DNA of 59,646 nt from Candidatus Parcubacteria bacterium (GCA_026395755.1 JAPLYC010000075.1:1-59646), one strand, 5' to 3'. Shown: positions 14,703 to 24,795, counted from the stretch's first letter. Numbers and translations: made by a program. Notes: a model not told the origin generated them from the sequence alone.

Positions 14703-17279
14703 ATGAAAGACCGAAATAAACAAAAAGGATTTTCTTTGGTCGAGATTTTAATCGGTATCGGTATTTTCTCCGTTATTTTTATCGGTGTAAGTTATTTATT
14801 GTTAGATAATTTACAGGCCAGCTTTGATAACCAGGAAAAAATTAAGGCTGATTTTTTGGTAGCCGAAGGCTTGGAAGCAGTAAAGGCGATTTCCGGCAAT
14901 GATTGGGGCCAGCTTACGGCGGGAAATTACGGATTAAAATTAGCCGATAATAATTGGCAGCTGATTACTGATCCGGAAAAAGTCAGTCAAATGTCTAAAA
15001 ATGGCGAGCGTGTAATTACCATCTCAGATTTAAGTGATAATAATTTAAAAAAAGTTGAAAGCAAGGTCGTCTGGCTGAGCATCACGGATAAATTAAAGGA
15101 AAGCAGCGCTACAACTATTTTAACCAATTGGCGGAGCTATGTTTCAGTCTGTGCTGACGGGCTGGATAATGACGGCGATGGTTTTTTTGATTATCCGGAG
15201 GATCCCGGCTGCAGTTCTCCGGCCGATGATGACGAATATAATCTTGCTGATCCGCCGGTTTTACCCGCCTGCTCTGATGGTCTGGATAATGATGGTGACG
15301 GTACAATTGATTATCCCAATGACCCCGGCTGTGCTTCAGCAGCTGATGACGATGAAACTAATCCGGTTGTTTCGGCGGTTTGTTCTGACGGTTTAGATAA
15401 TGACGGTGATGGCAAGGTGGATTATCCGGACGATCCCGGCTGTGTGTCAGCTGATGATAATGATGAAATTGATCAGTTAAATTTACCTCAATGTTCAGAT
15501 AATTTAGATAATGACGGAGATGGTCTGGTAGATTATCCCGCTGATTTTGGTTGCAGTTCTGCCGCTGATGACGATGAAAGTCAGCCCGTAGTTTTGTCTC
15601 TTTGTTCAGACGGAAAAGATAATGACGGTGACGGGAAAATAGATTATCCAAAAGACCCGGGTTGCAGTTCGGCGGATGATAATGATGAAACTGATCCGAT
15701 TTGCGGCAATAATATTTTAGAAACGGGTGAAGAATGCGATGACGGCAATATTCAAAATCGTGACGGGTGTTCAAACCATTGCAAAATTGAAGGTGCAGGC
15801 GGTTCAATTTGTGGTAACGGGATAATTGAGTCGTCTGAAGAATGTGATAAGACCGCAATACCCAATGGTTGTCAGTATGAGGGCGAAGCTTGCCAGAATA
15901 ATTGTAAATGTGAAGTCCCTATTTGCCATGCGACCTCTTCTGAGGCGAATCCTTACAACTTATTATGGGTAAGTGATGATGCCATTGATGGGGAAGGTAA
16001 TAATGACCATTCTAATCATAGCGGGGATATTATTCCTATCGGAGATATTAATAATGATGGAATTTTAAATGAAGACGATTGCATCGCCAGTTTAAATCAA
16101 GCTTGCGGGGGACAGACATGCCAGACAGTAACCCCTGATGTAATTTTTGATAGTGAAGATACGGCTTTGTGCAAATTAGACGAGGGCACAATTACTGTTA
16201 CCGGCAAAGTTGCTTTAGCCGAAGGCAAAACAGCTACATTGCAGCTTTCATATTATGTTATTTGGCCGGAAGATAAAAGAACCGAAATAACATATGTCAA
16301 TAAGGGCATTGTAAGTAATGGCGATACATTTTCTATTGTTACTCCGTGGCCGGGCGTGCGGCCGGGGGAATTAAAAGTTGAAACTCATATTGGGGCCATG
16401 CTTTTAGATCCGATTACCGGTAATCCGATTATGGCCAATGGTTCCAGTTTGGATTATTATTGGTATCCCTGGGTTTGCCCGGCACCAACAACGCAATGTT
16501 CAGATGGCATTGATAACGATGGTGACGGTAAGATTGATTATCCGGCTGATTCAGGTTGTTTTAGCGCCGCTGACGACAGTGAATATGGCGCTTGCACCGA
16601 TAATGATCACGATGGTTATAATACACCTGGTCCAGGCTGCATCCCGACAGTTACAGTCCAGAGTAGTGGCAATATCAAAGCACCTAAAGGCAAAATGAAG
16701 GTTAAAGTCATTACTTCTCAGATTACGTATGGCGCCGGCGGACCAGAAGTATTTGTTAAGACAGGTCTAAAAATAAATGGCACTTTAAACTGGCTTTTTA
16801 ACGGGGAGGATGTGGATGGTGGAGAAGAATATAATACTGTAATTGCTGACAATACTAATATTGCGGTCAGAGGTTATGCTTGGTATCAAAATTCATTTAA
16901 CAGCCAGTATGATTCTGATACGAATACCAAATATGTAAAAGCTTTGACCAAGGGCAGCAGCTTGCCAAATGTGCCGCGTTTTGGATCACAGCAGCCGCTA
17001 TCTGAAACCTTGTCTGCCTTTGTTGACGGCAATCGTAAAATTGATATTGACGTTAATCAGGTTTTGTTAATTTGGGAATTGGGCGTAACTGATTTAAGCT
17101 CGGATGCGGCTGATTTTCAGGATTTAGTTGTTTTATTGACTTTTGGGCCAGAAGCCTTGCCTTACTGTACCTGCGGTCCGTTTGATTGTGATGATTCTAA
17201 TAATAATATGAATCCCGGTAAAACCGAAATACCGAATAATAATATTGACGATGACTGCGACTTTTTCGTGGATGAATAA
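14703..17279 (+). CDS. Giant minor pilin fused to Cys/Asp-rich Ca-binding repeats (pilin-adhesin)
   Basis: QKG|FSLVEIL; six C.D..DNDGDG..DYP.D.GC repeats; CGN.I.E..EECD (myxobacterial Cys-rich) repeats; C-terminal DCDD...PG..E....DDDCD. Confidence 0.85.
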   Translation: MKDRNKQKGFSLVEILIGIGIFSVIFIGVSYLLLDNLQASFDNQEKIKADFLVAEGLEAVKAISGNDWGQLTAGNYGLKLADNNWQLITDPEKVSQMSKNGERVITISDLSDNNLKKVESKVVWLSITDKLKESSATTILTNWRSYVSVCADGLDNDGDGFFDYPEDPGCSSPADDDEYNLADPPVLPACSDGLDNDGDGTIDYPNDPGCASAADDDETNPVVSAVCSDGLDNDGDGKVDYPDDPGCVSADDNDEIDQLNLPQCSDNLDNDGDGLVDYPADFGCSSAADDDESQPVVLSLCSDGKDNDGDGKIDYPKDPGCSSADDNDETDPICGNNILETGEECDDGNIQNRDGCSNHCKIEGAGGSICGNGIIESSEECDKTAIPNGCQYEGEACQNNCKCEVPICHATSSEANPYNLLWVSDDAIDGEGNNDHSNHSGDIIPIGDINNDGILNEDDCIASLNQACGGQTCQTVTPDVIFDSEDTALCKLDEGTITVTGKVALAEGKTATLQLSYYVIWPEDKRTEITYVNKGIVSNGDTFSIVTPWPGVRPGELKVETHIGAMLLDPITGNPIMANGSSLDYYWYPWVCPAPTTQCSDGIDNDGDGKIDYPADSGCFSAADDSEYGACTDNDHDGYNTPGPGCIPTVTVQSSGNIKAPKGKMKVKVITSQITYGAGGPEVFVKTGLKINGTLNWLFNGEDVDGGEEYNTVIADNTNIAVRGYAWYQNSFNSQYDSDTNTKYVKALTKGSSLPNVPRFGSQQPLSETLSAFVDGNRKIDIDVNQVLLIWELGVTDLSSDAADFQDLVVLLTFGPEALPYCTCGPFDCDDSNNNMNPGKTEIPNNNIDDDCDFFVDE

Positions 17280-17292
17280 AAACTTGCTTTTT

Positions 17293-17793
17293 ATGAAGAA
17301 AAAAAATAATCAGGGCTTTACTTTGATTGAAACCATCATTTACATCGGTTTACTGGCGGTAATTATTGTATTTCTCATCTCTTTCTTTGCGCAGGCTACA
17401 TTTATAAAAGGTAAAATAAATGAGCGTCTGGATAATTTGGATAATGCCCAATATGCCCTGGAGCGTATGACGTGGTATTTGCAAAACAGCATTGAGGTTA
17501 CAGAGCCTTTAGCCGGTCAAAGTTCCAAGCAATTAATGGCAAATTCCTTAGTTTCGGAAAAAAATCCAATTAAGTTTTTTGTTGAAGCCAAACAATTAAA
17601 AATGCAGATAGCTGATGGTCAGGCCATAAATTTAACCAATAATCGTCTGGATGTGGATGATATTTCTTTTACCAACCAGGGTTTTATCAACCAGCCGGCG
17701 TTAATACAGATTAAAATGACAGTTTTGGGGAAGCAAAGTCTGTGGCAGACTCAGCCGTTAACGTTGCAAACTTCGGTAAAATTGGAAAAATAA
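17293..17793 (+). CDS. Minor type IV pilin (PilW/GspJ-like)
   Basis: NQG|FTLIETIIY; start moved to ATG 17293. Confidence 0.85.
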   Translation: MKKKNNQGFTLIETIIYIGLLAVIIVFLISFFAQATFIKGKINERLDNLDNAQYALERMTWYLQNSIEVTEPLAGQSSKQLMANSLVSEKNPIKFFVEAKQLKMQIADGQAINLTNNRLDVDDISFTNQGFINQPALIQIKMTVLGKQSLWQTQPLTLQTSVKLEK

Positions 17794-17809
17794 TAAAGTT
17801 ACCAATAAT

Positions 17810-18211
17810 ATGGATAAGCTATCTAAACCAAACGGCTACATAGCCTTAATCACCCTAATTATTGTCGGGGCAGTGGTTTTAATCGGCGCGATTGCTGTTT
17901 CTTTTATTGCTCTGAATCAGCAGAATTTTATCATCAGCCACAATCGGACTCTGAAAAATTTTTATGCGGCTAATGCCTGTGCTAATTATGCCATTTCGCA
18001 GCTGCAAAAGAATTTGGATTATGCCGGTAATGAAACTTTAGATTTGGAAGGAATCAGCTGTCAGGTTGAGGCCATAAGCGGTAGCGGAGAGAAAAATCGG
18101 GCAATTATTGCCAGTAGTCAGGTGGGCAACCAGTTGAAAAAAATAAAAATTGAGCTGGATCAGGTCAAGCCTGTAACCATAATTAAAACCTGGGGTGAAA
18201 TTTTCGAGTAA
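17810..18211 (+). CDS. PilX/GspK-like minor pilin
   Basis: NG|YIALITLII without Glu5; FYAANAC...A motif; position in the pilin cluster. Confidence 0.7.
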   Translation: MDKLSKPNGYIALITLIIVGAVVLIGAIAVSFIALNQQNFIISHNRTLKNFYAANACANYAISQLQKNLDYAGNETLDLEGISCQVEAISGSGEKNRAIIASSQVGNQLKKIKIELDQVKPVTIIKTWGEIFE

Positions 18212-18235
18212 ATAATAAATTTTTAACTATTTTGT

Positions 18236-19312
18236 ATGGGTATTTTCAAGAACTTGGGGGAGAAATTTTTTAGTCATAAGTTTCCCATGGTGGGAGTTGA
18301 TATTTCCGACGCCTCTATTGAGGTAATGCAGTTGCGGGCCGGTTTACAGCAGCCAAAAATTAAAGCTTCTTATCGCGTAGAATTACCCGACGGCTTAATC
18401 GAAAACGGGAGAATTGTTGATTTGGATAAAACAGCGGAAATACTGAAAAAAGCTTTTAGTGCCGGCGGATTTGCCAACAATTTTTGCCTTTTATCCTTGC
18501 CCGACAAAGAAACGTTTTTTGTAAATTTAAAACCGGAACAGGATGTCTCTGACATTGAGGCCGCTGTTTATAGCCTGGCTGAAGAAAATTTGCCGGTAGA
18601 ACTCAGTAAATGCTTAAGCGATTACCAGCTTGGCACTGATAATGAGGTTTTTTTCGTAGCCGCGCCCAAGGAAATTATTCTTCAATATCTGGAACTGTTT
18701 AAAAAAGCGGAATTGAATTTAGCAGTTATTGATTTTGAATCAGCTTGTTTGGCTCGGACACTTTTGGATCAGTCCAGGCTTAGACAGCCGGCTTTTATTA
18801 TTGACTTGGGTGCCAAATCAACTGATATTTTGCTGTTGGATAAAAATGGGTTTGAAGATCAGACTAATTTGGCTTGCGGCGGTTTTTTCTTGAGCCAAAA
18901 ATTGGCTGAGACTTTGAATAAAGATATAAAAGAAGCGGAATTGATAATGATCTCCCGGGGTTTGCAGGATTTAAAAGCTGACGCTGGTAAAATTATTGGG
19001 GAGATCTTTGGCCCGGTTGTTAGTGAAATTAAAAATATGGCAGCTGATTATGAAGCCAAAATCGCCCAGAAACCCGTTCAGATAATTTTAGCCGGCGGTA
19101 TCAGCCAGTTGCAGGAAATTAATGATTTTTTTAAGAAAAACTTGCCTGATTTTATTATTGAATCAGGCGATCTTAAGGAATCTGTTGATTTTAAGGATTT
19201 TGAGCTTAAAGGCGGTGAGATTTTGTATGCCAATGTCGTGGGTTTAGCGTTAAGAGGACTTTCGGCCAGCAGTTTAAATAAAGGGATAAATTTAATTAAA
19301 AATTTAACATAA
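18236..19312 (+). CDS. pilM: Type IV pilus assembly protein PilM (actin-like fold)
   Basis: VGVDISDASI; IIDLGAKST; IILAGG; VGLALRG. Confidence 0.85.
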   Translation: MGIFKNLGEKFFSHKFPMVGVDISDASIEVMQLRAGLQQPKIKASYRVELPDGLIENGRIVDLDKTAEILKKAFSAGGFANNFCLLSLPDKETFFVNLKPEQDVSDIEAAVYSLAEENLPVELSKCLSDYQLGTDNEVFFVAAPKEIILQYLELFKKAELNLAVIDFESACLARTLLDQSRLRQPAFIIDLGAKSTDILLLDKNGFEDQTNLACGGFFLSQKLAETLNKDIKEAELIMISRGLQDLKADAGKIIGEIFGPVVSEIKNMAADYEAKIAQKPVQIILAGGISQLQEINDFFKKNLPDFIIESGDLKESVDFKDFELKGGEILYANVVGLALRGLSASSLNKGINLIKNLT

Positions 19313-19318
19313 AAAATT

Positions 19319-19756
19319 ATGTCCAAACAAAAAGGGTTTACGCTGATTGAGCTTTTGGTAGTACTTGGTATTATTGCCATTTTAGCCGCCATAGTCATCA
19401 TTGCGGTTAATCCGGCCAGACAGTTTGCTATTTCCAGAAATACTGTCAGAGAAGCTAATGTCAATACGATTTTAAGCGCATCTTGGCAGTATGCGATTGC
19501 CAATCAGGGCAATTTACCGGCTTCCATTACTGAAACCGCCGGTGAAATTTGCAAAACAGGCGCAACCAGCTGCGCAGGCTTAGTCGATTTGTCAGTGTTA
19601 ACTGAAAACGGCAAGTACATTGTTAAAATTCCCGAAGATCCTAAAGGTTCAACCGGCGAAGGCGCAGGTTATTTTATCCAAAAAATGGCCAATGGCCGCT
19701 TGAAAGTTACGGCGCCAAACGCGGAATTAGAGACTACCATCGAAGTTCAGAATTAA
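19319..19756 (+). CDS. Type IV pilin (probable major pilin)
   Basis: QKG|FTLIELLVVLGIIAILAAIVIIAVNP..Q....RN..R; IP.DP. Confidence 0.9.
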   Translation: MSKQKGFTLIELLVVLGIIAILAAIVIIAVNPARQFAISRNTVREANVNTILSASWQYAIANQGNLPASITETAGEICKTGATSCAGLVDLSVLTENGKYIVKIPEDPKGSTGEGAGYFIQKMANGRLKVTAPNAELETTIEVQN

Positions 19757-19768
19757 AAATAATAAAAC

Positions 19769-19838
19769 AAAAGTTCCCGGCAATAAAGTTGGGAACTTTT
19801 TTGTTAAAATAAATCGCCTCCCCGGGAAAGGGGAGGCG
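19769..19838. terminator. Two hairpin terminators between convergent genes
   Basis: AAAAGTTCCC...GGGAACTTTTTT and CGCCTCCCC-GGGAAA-GGGGAGGCG. Confidence 0.7.
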
Positions 19839-19845
19839 TAGCTAG

Positions 19846-20673
19846 TCATTTTGTTTTTTTCGGATAAGGCCGGATTACAACCCTGGTTCCGATTTGTAGC
19901 CACTGGTGCAGCCACTCTGCATCCGAGTAAAAGACACGGATACAGCCGTGACTGGCATTGGCGCCTGGAACATTGCCTGCATGAAAGGCATAGCCTTGCC
20001 CCTGAAAAAAAGCGGCGTAAGGCATTTTGGCGCATTTGTTGCCAGTGCAGCCAACAGGGTAGCGACCCGAACGATAGTTGGGTCCTTCTTTTCGGATGAT
20101 TTTAAACTCACCCGTTTTTGTTCGGCAACCGCGTTTGACATCAGGGCAATAGTCTTTGCCTCCGGCTGCAGGTCCCCAGCGCACGAGATTGCCCTCGCCA
20201 TCATAGGCGCCAAAGGCCAGTAGAGCAGGATCCCAGATGATCAGTTTCTCTCCGGGAGGGTCAATTTTATAGGCATATGGGGAGTAATCCATGAAGGTCT
20301 TACCCTGCATATCCTTAGGTACTGCCAGCACAACTCCTTTTGTAAGTTTGATGTTGCGTCGGTTGATCTTCATTACTATTTCCCGCTCGACAGTATTTGC
20401 CCACAGAATTTCCCAGGTAGGTACAACCTTTTTTTCTTTAATCGTAGTACCCGAGTTGGTCTGGACTTCTGTTTTAATGACTGTATCTCCGATTTTCAAA
20501 CAGTAAAAATTGACCGAATCGCCACAGAGCGCTTCGCCATATTTTTCTAATATGGCAGGTGCGGTTGCAGTAGTTGTACACTGCTCTGTCACCTCCGGCT
20601 CCAATTGAGCCGGGACGGTTAGGGGAATAATCCAGAGGACTAACATCATGAGCATTGTCCATACCTTTTTCAT
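19846..20673 (-). CDS. L,D-transpeptidase (YkuD family), secreted
   Basis: Signal peptide; T.TGEFKI; MPYA.FF; FHAG...ASHGCIR catalytic motif. Confidence 0.9.
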   Translation of the reverse strand: MKKVWTMLMMLVLWIIPLTVPAQLEPEVTEQCTTTATAPAILEKYGEALCGDSVNFYCLKIGDTVIKTEVQTNSGTTIKEKKVVPTWEILWANTVEREIVMKINRRNIKLTKGVVLAVPKDMQGKTFMDYSPYAYKIDPPGEKLIIWDPALLAFGAYDGEGNLVRWGPAAGGKDYCPDVKRGCRTKTGEFKIIRKEGPNYRSGRYPVGCTGNKCAKMPYAAFFQGQGYAFHAGNVPGANASHGCIRVFYSDAEWLHQWLQIGTRVVIRPYPKKTK

Positions 20674-20781
20674 CGACCCTCCTTTTGGTTAGAAAAACAT
20701 ATCCCTAGTACTTGTTTCCTATCAAGTTAGCACGAAAAATATCCCTTGTCAATCGTTCTGGCGGAAATCCATACTTGTGAA

Positions 20782-20857
20782 TGGTCGGGCTGGCGGGACT
20801 TGAACCCACGACCTCATCGTCCCGAACGATGCGCGCTACCAACTGCGCTACAGCCCG
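20782..20857 (-). tRNA. tRNA-Pro(CGG)
   Basis: CGGGCTGTAGCGCAGTTGGTAGCGCGCATCG-TTCGGGA-CGATG...GGTTCAAGTCC...CAGCCCGACCA. Confidence 0.95.
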
Positions 20858-20995
20858 TTTAGATATGATGTTAATAATTTTAGCAAATATTAGTAATTTA
20901 TTCAATCTTGAAACAAAATGCCAAATAGGGTAAAATATGAATAGGCTGTAAATTAGTATATTTGATCACAGCTCTTAATTTTTAATTTATAAAAA

Positions 20996-21352
20996 ATGAA
21001 TAAGAAAATTTTCCAGTGTATTCTCTTTGTGGCAGTAATTTCTTTGGTTTTGTCGGGCTGCCAAAATAGTTCAGACAATAATAAAGTCATTTTCTATTAC
21101 AGTTTGACTTGCCCGCATTGTAAAAATGTAGAAAAATATATTAGTGATAATAATGTCAGGGATAAAGTAAAATTTGAAGAAAAAGAGGTTTCGGAAAACA
21201 AGGATAATGCGGCTGATTTTGGTGATAAAATCCTAAAATGCGGTATTAAGCCAGAAGAAGCCGGGGTGCCTTTGCTTTGGGATGGGTCAGCCTGTATTGT
21301 CGGCGATGAAAAAATTATTAATTACTTTTTTACTAAAATAAATGAGAAATAA
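20996..21352 (+). CDS. Glutaredoxin/thioredoxin-fold lipoprotein
   Basis: Lipobox LSGC; YYSLTCPHC; GVPLL; GD..II. Confidence 0.8.
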   Translation: MNKKIFQCILFVAVISLVLSGCQNSSDNNKVIFYYSLTCPHCKNVEKYISDNNVRDKVKFEEKEVSENKDNAADFGDKILKCGIKPEEAGVPLLWDGSACIVGDEKIINYFFTKINEK

Positions 21353-21411
21353 GGTGATAGGAATTTGGAATTAGGGATTGGAGAGCGGAAAATTAAAATT
21401 TAGAATAAGTT

Positions 21412-21927
21412 ATGCTTAAAATAAAAAAAATATTACCATCATTAGTAATTTTAGCGAGTTTCTTAGTTGCTAAAACGACATTTGCTGTATGTCCGGTTTG
21501 TGCTGTGGCAGTCGGAGTAGGGTTGGGTTTTTCCCGCTGGCTGGGAGTTGATGATTTGATTACCGGGACTTGGATTGGGGGGCTTTTAGTCACTATCAGT
21601 TGGTGGACGGTTGAATGGTTAGATAGCAAAAAAATTAAATTCAAAGGCAGAAAGATTTTAATAACTTTAGCGTACTATCTATTAACTATAGTACCTTTGT
21701 ATCTTATGGGCATTATGGGGCACCCTTACAATCAGTTTTGGGGGATTGATAAATTGCTTTTTGGCATTATCGTCGGCAGTGTAGCTTTTTTCTTCGGCTC
21801 GATGCTAAATCTCTGGTTAAAAAAGAAAAATGGTGGTAAGGTATATATTAAGTTTCAACGGGTAATAATTCCGGTAGTAATTTTACTTATAATTAGTTTA
21901 GTATGGTACTTAATTTTAAAAATTTAA
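21412..21927 (+). CDS. Multi-pass membrane protein with N-terminal CPVC motif
   Basis: AVCPVC followed by 4-5 hydrophobic helices. Confidence 0.7.
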   Translation: MLKIKKILPSLVILASFLVAKTTFAVCPVCAVAVGVGLGFSRWLGVDDLITGTWIGGLLVTISWWTVEWLDSKKIKFKGRKILITLAYYLLTIVPLYLMGIMGHPYNQFWGIDKLLFGIIVGSVAFFFGSMLNLWLKKKNGGKVYIKFQRVIIPVVILLIISLVWYLILKI

Positions 21928-21968
21928 CATTCGTTATATTCGCATTATAATTAGTAATTCGCATTTTT

Positions 21969-22505
21969 ATGGAAAATAACCAAGAATTAAATAAGAAAAT
22001 AGACGATTTTGTGGCCAAGGCAAATGCCAGCAAAACGGATAAGCTGGATTTATCTTCTGACGAAGATTTATCCATTGCCATCATGAATCTGATTTCAATA
22101 GAGGAGCATTTTTTCTTTACTGCTGAAAAAACCGGCAAGCCAGAGTATTTTGATTTGCTCAAGCAGGTTCGCGAAATGCGTAAGGAACTTTTGAAAAAGA
22201 TAATCAAGGAATATGAAGGCGAAGTCTGGTGCATTTCCAAGCATCTTTTAGCTGCTTCTATGCGTTTGATGGAAGTTGGGACCAAGCAATTGGGTTTGGG
22301 CAAAAAAACAGAAGCAGAAGATTTGTTCAAAAAGGCTTATGAATTGTATTCTTTATTTTGGGGTCTTAATTTGAAATTAATCAATCTTGGTGAAGTAAAA
22401 GGTTTAGCTGACGGTCAATTAAATAAAAAGGATACTGAAAAAACCGGGGTTATGGGAGCTTTGGGTAAATTGGTACAAAAGGTGATTGATTGTTGCATGG
22501 AATAA
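21969..22505 (+). CDS. Conserved hypothetical helical protein
   Basis: 178-aa ORF; NLISIEEH, WCISKHLL, C-terminal DCCME. Confidence 0.7.
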   Translation: MENNQELNKKIDDFVAKANASKTDKLDLSSDEDLSIAIMNLISIEEHFFFTAEKTGKPEYFDLLKQVREMRKELLKKIIKEYEGEVWCISKHLLAASMRLMEVGTKQLGLGKKTEAEDLFKKAYELYSLFWGLNLKLINLGEVKGLADGQLNKKDTEKTGVMGALGKLVQKVIDCCME

Positions 22506-22526
22506 ATAAAAAAATCGGTTTGGTCA

Positions 22527-22580
22527 CGGATTTTAGGCTTTAGCCTTTCACGTAATATGAAACCCTAAAGGTGAAATCCG
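22527..22580 (+). repeat. Empty (non-autonomous) copy of the RAYT2 element ends
   Basis: CGGATTTTAGGCTTTAGCCTTTCA-CGTAATA-TGAAACCCTAAAGGTGAAATCCG matches both flanks of 24185..24715. Confidence 0.75.
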
Positions 22581-22660
22581 GTGAAAATCGATTTTTTTGT
22601 ATTGACAAATAGTAAGATTTTTGTTAAGATTATAAATCCAAAATTTAAGGAGGGATTACC

Positions 22661-23701
22661 TTGAAAAATAAAAAGAAGAAAGCTGCTAAGAAAACAGTTC
22701 AAAAGAAGGTGGTTGTTTCTGGGAAAAAGAAATACTTTATTCTGGGAGCAATTGCTACTCTGTTGGCGCTGATGATTATGGGTTTTTTCCTGGGGACAAA
22801 GAAGTCCTGGGTTTGTGACCAAAACTTGCTCCGAGAGCCATTAACTAAAAGCTGGCAAGATCCGGTTTTTGCCCAAAAGTACACCGAGAATATTATTATT
22901 TCGGTATTAAACCAAGTACCCAAAAATACCAGCTATATCAGCATTGAAATGAATCAGCCGGTCAGGCAGTATCTACAATCGGTTTTAGAGAACGGCTCAT
23001 TTGATCAGGAATTGAAGCAGATTTTGGCCGGTAAAAAAGCAGCAGCCAGCGGGCCTCAGCTTACATTGATTTTCATACCGGATATCCATTATTCCTCGAT
23101 TTCAATGACCCAGTCTCAAAATTCGGCTCAGCACCAATCACAAATCAGCAATTATATTGCTAAACATAATTTCCCTTTAGCTTTTGCAGAGGGATTTGAT
23201 TATGAATTGACTTATTCCAATATGTATCGTGATTTGCTTAAGCTGGCTCAAAGAGAAGGGATTCAGCTTCCTTCTTTTGATCAGTTTAAGCAAAATTATT
23301 CTACCTCCGGGCGCATGGACGTTTGGCACGATGCCTTTATTGGTAAAAAGACGCCGATGATTGTTGGCATTGATCATATGCCGGCAGTCTGGATGTTTCA
23401 TGTGCTGGTTGAACTGAAAGAAAATACCAGCTATCTTAATCATGCTGATTTTGAAGAATTTACCAATTATAATTTAGCCTGGCGTGACCAGTTAATTTTG
23501 GCTAATGCTGTTCAAGCGATGAGGCGCCGTAATCTTACACAAGCCCCAATCGTCTTCGGTGCTCTTCATCTATATTCCTTCCAGCCTTTGTGTGCGCAAT
23601 GGGGCATCAGGCTGGAAGTGCAGACTTTGGGCTTGGAAAATTATCCTGAAGTTCCCGAGGATCTTCGGAATCTTGTTGCCAAGTTTTCCAAAGGCGAATA
23701 A
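22661..23701 (+). CDS. Membrane-anchored hypothetical protein
   Basis: TTGACA-17-TAAGAT promoter; AAGGAGG RBS; basic N-terminus plus TM helix; IPDIHY, FAEG and FGALH motifs. Confidence 0.7.
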   Translation: MKNKKKKAAKKTVQKKVVVSGKKKYFILGAIATLLALMIMGFFLGTKKSWVCDQNLLREPLTKSWQDPVFAQKYTENIIISVLNQVPKNTSYISIEMNQPVRQYLQSVLENGSFDQELKQILAGKKAAASGPQLTLIFIPDIHYSSISMTQSQNSAQHQSQISNYIAKHNFPLAFAEGFDYELTYSNMYRDLLKLAQREGIQLPSFDQFKQNYSTSGRMDVWHDAFIGKKTPMIVGIDHMPAVWMFHVLVELKENTSYLNHADFEEFTNYNLAWRDQLILANAVQAMRRRNLTQAPIVFGALHLYSFQPLCAQWGIRLEVQTLGLENYPEVPEDLRNLVAKFSKGE

Positions 23702-23757
23702 AAATATAAAGAAGCGAACCTCAAGTCCGCTTCTTTTCTATTTAAGTCGTTATTTTA

Positions 23758-24135
23758 TTAGGCCTGCCACAGTCCGTGAATATTGCAGTAAATTCTGGCA
23801 GTTACTTTTTCCGCTTTGATGCAGAATTCAGCTTCCGGTGCCTCACCTGGTTGTAAAAAATTTTTGTAACTTACACCATCAGCCAAAATTTCAATCCACA
23901 GGATATAATGTTCAGGAATCATGGGGTGGGGGATTGAGCCAACTTTAATTTTATAACCGGTTTTTGTTTTTTCAATCACCGGCACATGTTTTTCCTTGCC
24001 TTCGGTATCTTTGGCTTTGGGCTCTAAGAGCTCCATTTCCTGGCCACAGCAGTTAGTTTCTGGGTTGCCTGGATTTAAAATTTCCATTATTTTGCCGCAT
24101 ACGTTGCACTTGTAGATTTGATTGGTTTGGGTCAT
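23758..24135 (-). CDS. dfx: Desulfoferrodoxin (2Fe superoxide reductase)
   Basis: YKCNVCG...CCG; EKHVP; HPM..EHYI.WI; CNIHGLW. Confidence 0.95.
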   Translation of the reverse strand: MTQTNQIYKCNVCGKIMEILNPGNPETNCCGQEMELLEPKAKDTEGKEKHVPVIEKTKTGYKIKVGSIPHPMIPEHYILWIEILADGVSYKNFLQPGEAPEAEFCIKAEKVTARIYCNIHGLWQA

Positions 24136-24160
24136 AAAGATAATAAAATTAATTTTAAAT

Positions 24161-24787
24161 CGGATTTTATCCTTCAGGATTTCATCAATCCTCGGAAATA
24201 AAGTTGATGATCGGATAATTTTCCAGTATTTCGCTCATCCAATCTTCGCCGTTTATATTTATCGAATCTGAATATCCGCAAAATTTATAATCTTTAAGCT
24301 GATTCAGATCTTTCGCTAGGCCATGTTTGATCGGATTCAGGTTAATATAATTAAAATGTGTCCAGAAATCCTTTTCATCTTTGGTGCAATAGTCCCAATA
24401 ATTCTGAAAAATTTTTCTACCCCGCTGATTATCTTCATTATTCCACTTAAAGGAAAGAGAACCATGCAATTTTTGGAAAAGATCGGGTAGTTTATCTCCC
24501 TGAGCGATTTTAAATAGCAAATGGTAATGATTTGGAACGATTGAATAAGTAAATAACTGATAGCTATAATCTTTCAATAGATTAAATAATAAATCAAGGA
24601 GTTCTTGTTTGCGTTTGTCGGTTAAGAGTGGCAAATCATCATAAGTGTGAGCTGAGATAAAATAAATCGCGTTGTCTAGGTAAATATGTGGGGGGTGATG
24701 TCGTGTTTTTGTCATATGTAAGCAGTTAGCGCAGCCCCTCGCGAAATTTATGGGGGGAACCATGAAAGGCTAAAGCCTAAAGTCCTG
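24161..24787 (-). mobile_element. RAYT2 element: Y1/HUH transposase (CDS 24185..24715) with terminal REP-like arms
   Basis: MTKTRHHPPH..YFI; PNHYHLL (HUH); FQ.NYWD-like block; YINLNPIKHGL; arms at 24762-24787 and 24161-24185. Confidence 0.85.
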
Positions 24788-24795
24788 AGGTTATA

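Noticed and set aside
20705..20905. 66-aa ORF
   Set aside because: Spans tRNA-Pro(CGG).
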